DNA of 64,000 nt from Octopus vulgaris (lineage: Eukaryota). The notes beneath the pieces were generated by a model. The model had not been told where the DNA came from. It was given only the letters and a program-made list of their open reading frames with translations, and ran no database searches. The stretch lies in the NCBI GenBank assembly GCA_951406725.2, contig OX597815.1, positions 186,806,001-186,870,000 of the forward strand, in the 5' to 3' direction. The position numbers and the translations under genes were made by a program. Positions 28,100 to 41,582 of this stretch are shown here, piece after piece. The first letter of the stretch is position 1, and each line of letters starts with the position of its first letter.

Positions 28100-28503
28100 A
28101 TAGGCGCAGGTGTGGCTGTGTGGTAAGTAGCTTGCTTACTAACCACATGGTCATGGGTTCAGTCCCATTGCGTGGCACGTTGGGCAAGTGTCTTCTACGA
28201 TAGCCTCGGGCCGACCGAAGCCTTGTGGGTGGATTTGGTAGACGAAAACTGGAAAAAGCCCGTCGTATATGTATATATATATATGTATATGTGCGTGTAT
28301 GCTTATGTGTCTGTGTTTGTTCCCCCAACATCGCTTGACAACCGATGCTGGTGTGTTTATGTCCCCGTAACTTAGCGGTTCGGCAAAAGAGACCGATAGA
28401 ATAAGTACTAGGCTTACAGAGAATAAGCTCTGGGTTCGATCTGCTCGACTAAAGGCGGTGCTCCAGCATGGCCGTAGTCAAATAACTGAAACAAGTAAAA
28501 GAA
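28100..28503 (+). mobile_element. SINE-A, full length
   Basis: Colinear with other copies. Confidence 0.93.
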
Positions 28504-29773
28504 ATATATTAAACGTTCGTAGCGCTTTGTGGAGACTGTAAAAGTCCAATTAAGGATTTGGAAGGATTTTGCTGCATAGCCTTTACTTTCGAACCTCTTA
28601 ATATTGAGTTCGTATTGCTTTTGAATTTGATTTGGTTCTCTTTAATGAATGAGGCGCCAATGATATACTTGAGAAATGATGTCCATTTATTTGACCCCAG
28701 TCATTACAGATCGACCTGTAACTAATCAAATGAAATTGATATTAGAAATTGTAGTTTGTGAACACCAATAGTGGGAAGATTTTCTACTATGTCTACAAAT
28801 CAGCATGGATTAAAACTTATCTATAGCCATTTGAGTTCACAATGATTTTGAGAAGAGACATGTATTTTGTGTTGTCTCATCTCCCTCCCTAATTAATATG
28901 TAGCCTTGTGCTTACAGCAAAACTAAATGAAGTTGAACTGATTAACTAAACTGATTAATTGTCGAAATGTCAAGAACTTGGCTACAGCAACTGTTGTGTT
29001 GTTCCTATTTAATGACGATGATAGTGAAGATGTTCTTTTTATACAAAATCGTATAGAGAACTACAGCCAAAACTCCAAATTCTTACACTCTGTAACCATT
29101 TTTTACCATTTTTTTTTTAAATTCATAAAACTATTCTCCGGAAAGCACTTTAAATTTCTATGCTTGCCAGATTAAGGAGGTAGTCAAATATGACCATATG
29201 TTTTATGTAGTTGGTTTGTTTACGCCTGGCTTGCTAAGTTTGTGAAAATCGCTGTTTGTTTCCTTTGACCTCTCAAGCATAAATAATGGACTGTATTGAT
29301 GAACAATAACTCTATTACTGTATCTGCATTAAATTAGTTTACATTTATTATTCAAATTGTTGTTGTTGTTTAACTCTAACCAAACCGGTGATCAAACGGT
29401 ATGCACCTTCTCACCTTTCAGTCAGGTTTGAATCCTACCGGCGTGGACGTATTCTTTCTTTCCTCCCCCTTTATTTAATAAATGTCTACCTGTGACATAT
29501 TCGTATAGATCAATTATATATGTACTTTCCTCTGAAATATCCCATTTCAAGTATTCTTGGAAACGATGTCACAACATCTAATAGAACTGATGAATGCTTT
29601 TGACCACAGAAGAACGAGGATCGACTCATTCAATGGACTTCAGTAATTCAAGTTTCAAAATCTCCTTAAGTGGGTTACAACATGTAATTGAGACATTGTG
29701 TCTCAGTTATTCCAACAGAATTGATTAAAACCATCGCGGTATTGGATATCTTGTACGGTATTGGATATCTTAT

Positions 29774-30011
29774 AAGGCGGCGAGCTGGCAGAAACGTTAG
29801 CACGCCGGGCGAGATGCCTACCGGTATTTCGTCTGCGTTACGTTGTGAGTTCAAATTCCGCCGAGGTCGACTTTGCCTTTCATCCTTTCGGGGTCGATAA
29901 ACTAAGTACCAGTTATGCACTGGGGTCGATGTAATCGACTTAATACCTATGTCTGTCCTTGTTTGTTCTCTCTGTGTTTAGCTCTTTGTGGGTAATAAAG
30001 AAATAGGTATT
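29774..30011 (+). mobile_element. SINE-B monomer (B1) with TSD
   Basis: Full head AAGGCGGCGAGCTGGCAGAA, B box GTTCAAATTCC; GGTATTGGATATCTT on both flanks. Confidence 0.92.
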
Positions 30012-32085
30012 GGATATCTTGTACGTTGTAGTTCCCTTATCTTGTACACGACATAGCGTTGTTGCAGTGATACATGAGTAAAAAAAAATGATTCCTTTAT
30101 ATTGGAGATGATTGGATGATGATTTACTGGATATATAAAGATCAATTGAATTGGTTTATTACAAGACATACCTAAGTTGTCAATTGATGATAGACCATAA
30201 AACTGACTAATAATTGACGGGTGCTTTTCAATACAAAGCAATATTTATAAAGAGAAAAGAAGGCAGTTGATATTACTCCAAAGTTAACTGGCTCTCTGAT
30301 GTTCGTTATGCTTTCACAAAATACACTATTGTGCTAATACCGATGATTGTACAGTTTATCACACTGCCAAATCTACTGACATCAAATCGATCAACTGATG
30401 AGTAGTAGCGATTGTTATGTACTAAATCACGTACGAAGTTGAGATATGTAACTGATCTTTGCTTCTTTACGTCATACCTTGGTTACTTGCCGCATGACAG
30501 CAATAATACGAAATGCTTCGACGAGTGATATAACCCTCTCTGTCTGGGGAGAAAATTTTTCATATTCCCCTTCGTAATATATGCAATTATGTATGAATTT
30601 TGCTTTAATAAGAGACTAGGTGCACTTTAAGGTTTAGTTTCAAATTTCATTTTGCCTGCTATTTGCGCCAAATTTACTCTGATAAACGATACAAAGAAAA
30701 TTATATCGCAAAAAGTTGTCGAACTTTGCTTCATATAAATACCAGAATATACTTTTGGTAGGCGTACTGTTACTTCTGAGACAGAGTCATACATTAAATT
30801 GGTGTTATGTTCCTACTTTATCAGAAATTATATTGTGAATCTCTCAGTAATAATTGTAAGAAATAGTTGTTAGCTGTATTAATTTACAAGCTAAGAAGTA
30901 TTGACTTTGTGTCAATGTAAAAAATTAAAAGAATTATACTATTTTCATCCATAATACATTTATTGTCGCGTTTATACAGCAAAAGCGAGGAGGTTTTCCT
31001 CCCTCAAAAGTATTTAAACAATTTTCACTAGAAACACTATTTTGCCAATTTCAAGAAATTTAATTTCGAGAAATGGTCATAAATGTAAATTAAAAGATTT
31101 TGTATAAATTTAAATTCAGAATATGAAACTGATCTTGACTTTAATTACTCATTTTGTTTCGAACACTAATTATCTTGAATTATCTGGTCTTCTCCCCCAC
31201 CCCTACCTCTCTCTCGCTCTCTTAGCCATGCGTGCGTGCACACACAAACACACACGCTCGATCACACACACACACTCACTTGTTCTGTCCATTTTCTTCT
31301 CTTTACACTAAGCGACAATCCACACATTTCACTGCATCAGTTCTTCACCGAACAAATAGCCCTTTCTCGTTGGCATTATAAGAAACATTTTATTGGGATA
31401 CACTGTTTATCTTTGTCCCTTTCAAACTAGTTTGTATACAAGTGTAAATAAAAAGAGTAGAGAACAAGCTCTATACGAGATCAGATCTGTTGCTAACTAC
31501 TTAACTTTATTTAATTTTCGTACTAGACGTTTACAATGACAGTGTTTGGGCTCCACTAAGATGTCTTCACTGAGAAGCACAACATGAAGAAGAGATTATT
31601 AGTATAGTAACCCAACGGCACATTAGCAATTACAATACATTTCGATTTCCCATAGGTTTCATTCGTCGTAGTTCTAAGATAGAGGAATATGAGCTTGTAA
31701 CTCGAATTAATCAAGTGAAGTAATGCATTTCAAATTGGAGATCAAAACTGTGTCTCTATTGTGGTTCATCTATGAATTTATCTCTCTACACAATATCATC
31801 AATTTCTGCTTAAATCTAATTAACTTCCATATGAGAAGATTAATTCTTAGCACCAAATTATATGCTAGCTCCTCGTTGCTTCAGCATTCTTTTATTTTCT
31901 GCGTCTTTGTCTCTTTTATTTGTCTCTGTGTGCGTTTCTCTTCTGATGTGAGATAAATGTAATAACAAGAATTTAGAGCCAAACCTGTGACGTAAGACAA
32001 AATTAGTGGCATGATTTAAGAACAGTGATGACTTCTTATCTACTCGACCATTTTAATTCGTTCTATATTTACCTGTTTGTTTTAT

Positions 32086-32167
32086 ATATATACACACACA
32101 TACATACATACATACATACATACATACATACATACATACATACATACATACATACATACATACATAC

Positions 32168-32218
<51 letters not shown>

Positions 32219-32300
32219 AAATATAAATAGTATATAAATATATGCATATATACATACATATATGTACATACTCACATATATATGTATATATACATGCATA
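32086..32300. repeat. (CATA)n/(TA)n microsatellite
   Basis: Directly visible. Confidence 0.95.
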
Positions 32301-32302
32301 TA

Positions 32303-33072
32303 TGGGTACAGGACATCAAAACAAACGCTGAACACAATGAGAAACGAAAACATTAAAAAAAAAATAGAAACGAACTTTCCCTCGAACAAACAGAGAAACG
32401 AGACATACAACATAAAGAATATTCCCCCTTCTTCAGTTGTCCCTGTTTCATCTACTCTACGCAAGTACAAGATGCGACTTCGTTCAAACAGTCCTTTCCG
32501 CAAAGCAAATTAAATAAAATTTGAATTTTTTTGCGGAGGGTGAAAGTGGTAACAAGAGCAGGACAGTGAGAACAAAACAGTAAAAACATACGGTGAGGGC
32601 TGTTAAGCCGAGACGATAGAAAAAATATTTTTGAACGCTAGGAGGACGAGCTTATGAAGGAGACAGTATAAGCACGTTTTTTCTTTACGAAGTTTGTGGG
32701 CAGAACGACAGATTGTGTTTCTTCACGTGTCAGCGACGAGAGTCTAGGAGGAGGAGTGAGAAGAGAGGAACGGTGAAGAGGAGAGGAGAAGAATAGGGAA
32801 GGATGGGAGAGAAAACCAGAAAGGATGAAGAACAAGAGAGGGAGAGAGATAGACAGAGAAGAGATAAAAGAGTGAGCATCGTACTTATTAAGATAAAACT
32901 TGGAAAAGGACGCGTGGCGTTCGATCATATAATAATATAAATAATATATAAATATATGCATATATACATACATATATGCACATACCCACATATATATGTA
33001 TATATACGTGCATATATGGCTACAGGACATAAAAAAACGCTGAACACAATGAAAAACGAAAGCATAAAAACA
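32303..33072 (-). mobile_element. Unclassified insert between TA-rich tracts with a ~50-bp direct repeat
   Basis: TACAGGACAT..AAACGCTGAACACAATGA.AAACGAAA.CAT occurs at about 32306 and 33021; strand inferred. Confidence 0.55.
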
Positions 33073-33134
33073 TATATATATATACAGCCTATCGTAAGTG
33101 ACAGAAACAGTTCTGTAAAATTCGTTTCAAATGA

Positions 33135-33322
33135 GTTCTACAATTTCGGAGGAAGGGGTAAGTGGATTACATCGACCCCAGTATTCAGCTGGTATTTATT
33201 TTATCGATCCAGAAAGGACGAAAGGCAAAGTCGACCTCGGCGAAATTTGAACTCAGAACATAACGACGGAAGAAATGTTGCTGGGAATTTTGCCCGGCAT
33301 GCTAACCATTCTGCCAGCTCGC
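33135..33322 (-). mobile_element. Older SINE-B
   Basis: Core GAAAGGCAAAGTCGACCTCGGCGAAATTTGAACTCAGAAC. Confidence 0.85.
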
Positions 33323-33503
33323 AGCCTAAAAACAGCACAGCAGTATTGGATGGTTGTCTGAATCTGGCATCCCCAACCTCGAGTTTTGAATACCTTTGAG
33401 GGGCCAAATTAGTTGCAAGCATCTGAAAATGTTCCCTGCTCTAAGGACATCATGGGAAACCCTACAAAATGATGACGGCCGTTCTCTCTTCTTCTATAAT
33501 TAA

Positions 33504-33732
33504 CCCATTTGTGCCGAATTTTTTCTAGCAAAGGAAATTTCCTGAAAGTTCACAGATACTATTACTTGGACCTAAATAACAACTGGAAACAATTTCTTTG
33601 AAATCCATTTGATGCAGACTGCATACGCGTTAAGAACATGTTTCATTCTTTGATACAGATCATACACAAATCACAATTTGTATCAAGTATTTGTTTCATA
33701 CCCTTAAAAAATTAAGTATCAGCATGAATGGG
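33504..33732. mobile_element. Possible piggyBac-type MITE relic
   Basis: TTAA|CCCATTTGTGC ... GCATGAATGGG|TTAA: 9/11 TIR match with TTAA on both sides. Confidence 0.5.
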
Positions 33733-34084
33733 TTAATGCTGAACGTGCAGAAAAACAAGATGCCCAATGCAGTGATTGCTTCACTCAACTCCAATAAGAC
33801 TAATGCCATATTTCTCATATCCTTGGTAATGAAGACCAACAAACATCATGGAACATGCCGATCGAATTATTTTCAGATTACGAAAAATTCACATTTTAAA
33901 TATATACATGACATGTCCATCGTTGAGCTCGTAGTAGGCAGATGTCATAAAGCTGTTTCAGTTTTCATTTAAAACACTTCTACTTCTCTAACACTCATAA
34001 AACACCATTAGAACATACATCAAGAATGTCCGAACATTCTACTTTACAATCTATAACATATGTATCTGTTTTACATATACACAC

Positions 34085-34088
<4 letters not shown>

Positions 34089-34151
<63 letters not shown>

Positions 34152-34334
34152 GAAAAAAACACCTTTTATCAATTCAATATTGAAAAATTAAATTATACCA
34201 GAAAAATTACATATTATAGAAAAATTAAATATAAGATAAAACATATAACAATGATTAAGTAATGTGCAAAATAATAAATAATGCGTATATATTTGGTTTA
34301 AACTTCTAAATTGAATTTTTTCCTGTAAGTTTGG

Positions 34335-34378
<44 letters not shown>

Positions 34379-34548
34379 TTTATTTAAAAGCAGTAGAAAT
34401 TCAACAAAACCTGTTACTCGGGGTTTCACGTTCCCGTTCGTCGGACAAAATAAACCATATTACTCTACCCCTAGTATTTGAGTACTCTTTTTTTCCACCT
34501 TGTTTCACATTTATGTGTTTATTCCGGTATATATATATATATATATAT
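34089..34548. repeat. Three (TA)n tracts separated by two short inserts
   Basis: TA tracts at about 34089-34144, 34339-34376 and 34528-34548. Confidence 0.9.
34410..34447 (-). ncRNA. Minimal hammerhead ribozyme-like motif (U4C variant)
   Basis: Minus strand: TGT-CCGACGA-ACG-GGAA-CGT-GAAA-CCCCGAG-TA-ACA; stems I and II pair, GNRA loop, GUA triplet. Confidence 0.65.
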
Positions 34549-36421
34549 CTGTACACATTCAGACGTCACCATTAAAGCTATGATAACCAATAAAATATGA
34601 CAACAAAGAAACATTAAAAGTAAGACCAAATAGAACGTTACATTTACCATTACAGTTAATGTTTCAATGTTTATAAACAACAATAAATGACTGCGCTTAT
34701 AGAATCTTACAACATTTTCTCCTTTCCATCGAAAAATCAAAAAGGTAAATCTATTTATATTTATTTTAACATGCGCATAAAGTTTCAAATGTAGAGATGG
34801 ATATACTTAGTAAGACCAGCCTCCTGGTACTAACTTTGTCAAACACGGTATGAACAGTAAAAGTGGCTTCGATGTAATGAACTACACTTTTCGCCTATAG
34901 AAAAGAATTCGATTGTACTTTTCTTGTTATGATACATAATGTTTGTCTAATGTTTCCAAAGATTGATTTATATAATTAGAATATTGGGTGACATCCAATA
35001 ACAATCAATAAAACTCTTGATTCTCGTATTATATACAAGATCTAAAAACTTTGCCTAAGGTTAATTAAGTTATTGTAATTCGTTCGTTGATCTTTGGAGA
35101 TAATATTATTACTAAGAAATAAAACAGAAGTCAGATAACAACATTAGTCATTACAAAGAATATTCTAAATATTTTACGTTGATGGTGCCATTCCTATGAA
35201 TTGTATTCCAACAGAAATCTTATTTGCTTAGGAGCAGACTGTTGGTAAACAAAAAGAAATTTTTTAAAAAAATAGCAGAAGCTAAAACTACAGAATAAAA
35301 AGCGAGGTGGGAAGTCGCTGGGACGAAATAACTAGTTTAGCAAACTTTGTAGGAAGAATTTATTTCGTTATATTTCGTTTCGTTTAATCAATCATTATGT
35401 GATATATTTATTCAATTTTATAAAGTAAATACTAGTAATTACAAGAGTTGATTTATAGACTACACTTCCACCTCTTCAAACTTGTCTTTGAGCCCGTTAA
35501 TAAGAAATCAATTTATAGCTAATGTTAGTTTTATTCAATTCATAATTATCCATTCATTTGGGGGGTTTTTTGTATGTGTGTTTTTTCCCTTTGGTTTTTT
35601 TTTTCCTCACACTAATTCTATTACAGTGTCTTCTTTTTACACATTTTTTACACTTGTTTTGTATTTTGGAAGTGACAGTTAGTGTCAGTAAATGTAAAAA
35701 AATGAAGCAGCAAGCGAAAACGAGGATATGTAAGAGGAAGTTACTGCCAGAGATGGGAAGAGTTGTAGCTATTAAGAAGGATAAAAAAAAATCCCACACA
35801 AAGATTAATATAAAACGAAAGACATTTATCAGATTGTTAACCTGTTTATTTTCTACACGACGTTTTCAGAAAACAAAGGAGAGTGCTCGTGACAATTTCA
35901 GAACCTCCTGAACTGACGGGAGGTTGGCAGACCCGTCAAAAAAATGTTGCAACAGAAACTACTCCATTAAATGCACTTAAATACCAGGAGATGGCACTAC
36001 AATCAATAATGGATTATTTCTACCACCCAGAAATAACCCACCCCCCCCGCTCCTTGTAGGCTTCTGCGCAGTTTTAATCTATCAAATTTCGCTCACAAAC
36101 TTTGATCATCACATGTTTATGATAGAAAAGTGCTGAGCAATGAAAGTGAATCCGCAACGCTGTACCTTTAAAGAGAACTTCTTATTTGCTTATCAGTTAT
36201 GAATTAAAAGTTAATTCAATTATTCTTAACACAAAACCGTGTGCGCTTATTGGCGATAACAACCAAATACATCGATCAGGCGCTCATAGATAAGCATGTG
36301 TGTGCATACAATATTAAAAACATATATGGGTGAATGCGCCTATAACAATATATAAATGGGTGTATGAGTAACAGACCATGCATATATATGTGTGTGTGGT
36401 GGGAGTATATGCATATACATT

Positions 36422-36586
36422 ATAGGCGCAGGAGTGGCTGTGTGGTAAGTAGCTTGCTTACCAACCACATGGTCCTGGGTTCAGTCCCACTGCGTGGCAC
36501 CTTGGGCAAGTGTCTTCTACTATAGCCTCGGGCCGACCAGAACCTTGTGAGTGGATTTGGTAGACGGAAACTGGAAGAAGCCCGTC

Positions 36587-36635
<49 letters not shown>

Positions 36636-36678
36636 TAAAAATATATATATATACATATATAAAAATATATATATATAC

Positions 36679-36723
<45 letters not shown>

Positions 36724-36945
36724 ATGTATGTATGTGTATATGTTTGTGTGTCTGTTTGTCCCGCCAACATCGCTTGACAACCGGTGCTGGTGTGTTTACG
36801 TCCTCGTAACTTAGGGGTTCGGCAAAATAAGTACTAGGCTTACAAAGAATAAGTCCTGGGGCCGATTTCCTCGACTAAAGGCGGTGCTCCAGCATAGCCA
36901 CAGTCAAATGACTGAAACAAGTAAAAGAGTAAAAGAGAGAGTAAG
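36422..36945 (+). mobile_element. SINE-A with expanded internal TA tract
   Basis: Colinear with other copies. Confidence 0.93.
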
Positions 36946-37107
36946 ACTATACTTTTAGACATCTTTTGTGTTTATTCTACACTGATGGACATGTGGTGTA
37001 CATACATCTTATCTCTCACTAAACTTTGTATCCCCGCTTCTAATCTCCTTCCTCTCTTTATTTTGCATGTAGCTAAACCGCCTCTACGCTACCACCACAG
37101 TGCTACA

Positions 37108-37505
37108 TTCTTTTACTTGTTTCAGTCATTTGACTGCGGCCATGCTGGAGCACCGCCTTTAGTCGAGTAAATCGACCCCGGGACTTATTCTTTGTAAGCC
37201 GCCCAGTACTTATTCTATCGGTCTCTTTTGCCGAACCGCTAAGTGACGGGGACGTAAACACACCAGCATCGGTTCTCAAGCAATGCTTGGGTGACAAACA
37301 CAGACACACAAACGCATACACATACATACATATACATATATACGACAGGCTTCTTTAAGTTTCCATCTACCAAATCCACTCACAAGGTATTGGCCGGCCC
37401 GGGGCTATAGCAGAAGACACTTGCCCAAGATGCCACGCAGTGGGACTGAACCCGGAACCATGTGGTTGGTTAGCAAGCTACTTACTACACAGCCACTCCT
37501 GCGGG
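37108..37505 (-). mobile_element. SINE-A, full length
   Basis: Colinear; tail-to-tail with the preceding copy. Confidence 0.93.
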
Positions 37506-38045
37506 TATATCTTGGTCTTTCTTTAACTTCACAAATTATTTTGGGTTTTCATCGAAAGCTTTGCAACTTCCAACCTTTTGCACTTCTTGCATTTCTTTTA
37601 AGCTAAAGCAACCAGGAATGCCGCTGCCAGAAATTGAACCTAAACACCGAAATCTTTATCGAGGACTAGGTGTAACTAGAAGAGAAATTCAGGTGAACTG
37701 ACAGTGATGCAAATAAACACGATTAGGCTTTATAAATATGCATTTGTATACCGGTGTACTGTGAACTATTCTGCGCTAGCAGATGTTTACTGCAATCATT
37801 AATTTAAGTTGGAATTGGCAAGAACTATGTGTCAGAGAACCGAACGCATTTTCTCTACGTTTTCAATTATTTAAATACCACTAGGGGAACTTCACCAAAG
37901 AAATACTGAAGACAGTTTAATTGATTGTACACCCATTCGAAATTCTTGTAAATGTCAAGAATTAAGTTACAGAAATGATAGCGCACGTGCCTGAAAATAT
38001 CTCAGCATATTGTTCTAACTACTTTCTCATTTTTAATTTTATTCA

Positions 38046-38585
<540 letters not shown>

Positions 38586-38934
38586 AAATACAAAAGACCA
38601 GTTAGTTCTCATTTCTGTTATACTCCTACCTAAAAATTTGCATCATTTTGATAAACTATTGTTACCCGCGTTGGTACCAGTGCGGGAAAAATGGTGGTGA
38701 CGTTTCAGAAAATAGGGTCTGTAATGTAACATGGAATCTCTATTAAGCCAATCCACTTCACTTCAGTTTATATGTTCTTCATACCTAGAACTGCCCACCA
38801 TTTTCAATAACCTGGGGATGGACGATGCTGGCCAAGTTAATTTCCATATATGAACGTCATAACACCTAATAAACCTAATGGACCTGTTGACCCACAAAGT
38901 CCTAAGAGAGATGGGGTTGCTTCACTTTATTATA

Positions 38935-39253
38935 CTGTATATCACCGTGATCACAGTGACCGACCTGGGTATCAGATGTTGTTACACATCGCTGGTCACA
39001 ATACGCTACGCATTGTTTTAGCCATCAAGTGGCGCCACCCTGCTGGCTAAGCGAGCAGGCCAACAGAAGAAAGAGTGAGAGAAAGTTGTGGCGGAAGAGT
39101 ACAGCAGGAATCGCCACCACCACCCTGCCGGGGCCTCGTGGAGCTTTAGGTATGTTCGCGCAATAAACACTGATAACGCCCGGTCTGGGAATCGAAACCA
39201 CGATCCTACAACCGCGAGTCCGCTGCCCTAACCACTGGGCCATTGCGCCTCCA
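38935..39253 (-). mobile_element. SINE, C head + tail 3
   Basis: Head nearly identical to 55828; after CTCTTTCTTC it continues into an unrelated ~130-bp tail. Confidence 0.85.
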
Positions 39254-39976
39254 CATTATAATGTTATATAATGACGATAAAATAAACTTCGAATTTAATA
39301 CAATTATCATTTGACTTATCATATTACAGGACGCGTTTTTCAACGTCTAACTCGAAAAGTTAGAGATAATAATCAGACGATTTCAAAACAGCCTCTTTGT
39401 TAGATCTATTCTAACTAACCTCAAGTTTTCATTAATATATTAATCTAATTCTTTTTACCTTAATATGCTTTAATGTTTCCTTTTTTATTATATATAACTA
39501 TAAATCGTGAATTGTCGTACTCCATGTTCTTTTCGGCTAAATGTTCAAAGCGAACATGAGAGATGTCTTCATATATACATTAGTAATTTTTATGATAATT
39601 GGTATTGCCGCAGAGATAAACTCTATTATAATTATGTATTCCATTGACATAAGAACACAACTGTCACGAACATTGCTCTAACAGATTTTAGATCAAAGAA
39701 AAATAAATTTTTTACGATAGAAAATAAAAGAATGCGTATCTATCTTTGAACTAAAACATGAGTTGTACAATCATTGGACACGTTACATTTAGTAGAAATA
39801 CAAACTTTTAGAAAATTAAACGAATATTATAATAAACGATGCGAGAGACTGCATTGAAATAATGTATTTGGGGAAAGAGTGAACATGAAAACTTATAGCA
39901 AACAGTAACTCATAATATTTTGTTTATCATAATTAGCAAAATTAAGTAGAAAGGAATTAATACTTATATATATACA

Positions 39977-40097
39977 CACGACGGTGTGCTGAAAAGTTAC
40001 TTTGAGAGAATCGCAAAAGGCCTGGTTGGAGGACCAGCCTCGGTGTTCTTTTACAGGGCCTAGAAAACTAAAGGACTCCTGCAATAAGGGGGTGAAC
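39977..40097 (+). mobile_element. Mariner-like relic: TIR-like end fused to transposase C-terminus
   Basis: ACGACGGTGTGCTGAAAAGTT followed by WLEDQPRCSFTGPRKLKDSCNKGVN, resembling the mariner WL..QP..FF..GI.KL..RW.KC motif. Confidence 0.55.
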
Positions 40098-40352
40098 GAG
40101 GCTCCGGCAGGCGGAGGGGGGGACCAACCATGCTGTACTCTTTCACCACAACTTTCTCTCACTCTTTCTTCCTGTTTCTGTTGTACCTGTATTGCACACT
40201 CCTGTGTTACGCTGAATCTCCCCGAGAACTACTACGTTAAGGGTACACGTGTCTGTGGAGTACACAGCCACTTGCACTTTAATTTTACGAGCAGGCTGTT
40301 CCGTTGATTGGATCAACTGGAACCCTCGTCGTCGTAACCGACAGAGTGCCAC
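40095..40352 (+). mobile_element. 5'-truncated SINE, C body + tail E
   Basis: ACGAGGCTCCGGCAGG..CAACTTTCTCTCACTC, then the tail shared with 62596-62780. Confidence 0.85.
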
Positions 40353-40415
<63 letters not shown>

Positions 40416-40611
40416 GAAATACGTTACGAAAAGAAAATATAAAATATAAAATACACGTGGAAATGTAAGGGTAAAATATGAAAAATCAACGAAAGTGCAT
40501 ATTGCAAATAGAAAAAGGCTATTTATGACAGGTAGTGACAAATATATACATTTAGATTGAGTGAGGTAGTAATACGAGTCATAAAGGTCATTATTATGAG
40601 ATGATTATTAT

Positions 40612-40649
<38 letters not shown>

Positions 40650-40652
<3 letters not shown>

Positions 40653-40723
40653 TTAAACAAGAATGTTGTTGACAGTGACTTCGAAGTTTCGGCCAGCATG
40701 TCAACAATATTCTTGTTTAAGAA
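40650..40723. repeat. 25-bp inverted repeat enclosing the 3' half of a hammerhead motif
   Basis: TTCTTAAACAAGAATGTTGTTGACA / TGTCAACAATATTCTTGTTTAAGAA (24/25); spacer on the minus strand reads GGCC-GAAA-CTTCGAAG-TC. Confidence 0.8.
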
Positions 40724-40807
40724 TGATAATTTGTACTCTACAATGTAAAATTGTTTTTATCATAACTGAATATAAAAACAAAAATTAATATATCTGTACA
40801 TATACAT

Positions 40808-40866
<59 letters not shown>

Positions 40867-41376
40867 AAGAGACGAGAGAGAGAGAGAGAGAGAGAAGCGA
40901 TTTGTATATATATATATTATTCAAAGAAATTCCAACTCTGTTTTTTTATGTTTTATTTATATTCTTTATAATATTAATGTAGATATAGAATATATAGTAT
41001 AAATAATATATATATAGTAAAATAAAATGAAGTATTGATTGCCTTATTGAATGTATGAAATATTGAATATAAAATATTAAGGGACTAGTATACTTTCTTG
41101 CATTAAAGCAGTCTTCAAGGTCCCAGGTTGTGACAGGAGTGTTTCAACTGTTGAAACGTTTTCATTAATGTTATTAATTATTAAAGCTTCACTATTAATT
41201 TCATCTTTGAATTTGTGCTATATCGAACTATCATTTCTTCAAGCTTTTAGGAAATTAGTTTTAAAAATAAATGAGTATTCCACCTACGGTCCTCGTGCGA
41301 TTTGAGAGGCAAGGACTTTACAACTAAAACACAAATAATGTTATACTTCTGATCTTAATATGTATGTCAGATCTTC

Positions 41377-41582
41377 AAGGCAGCGTTAGTACGCTAGGCA
41401 AAATGCTTAGTGGTATTTCATCAATGCCTAGGTTCTGAGTTCAAATTCTTCCGAGGTCGACTTTGCCTTTCATCTTTGCGGAATCGATAAAAGAAATACC
41501 AGTTGAACACTGGGGAGGGGAGGTCGATGTAATTGACTTACCCCCTCCTCTGAACTTGCTGCTTGTGCCAAAATTTGAAATC
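41377..41582 (+). mobile_element. SINE-B (B2 tail)
   Basis: Core CCGAGGTCGACTTTGCCTTTCATC; tail TTGTGCCAAAATTTGAAA. Confidence 0.85.

Noticed and set aside
41141-41162. GTTTCAAC-T-GTTGAAACGTT inverted repeat with GAAACGTT
   Set aside because: No CUGAnGA-like core upstream; too short to call.
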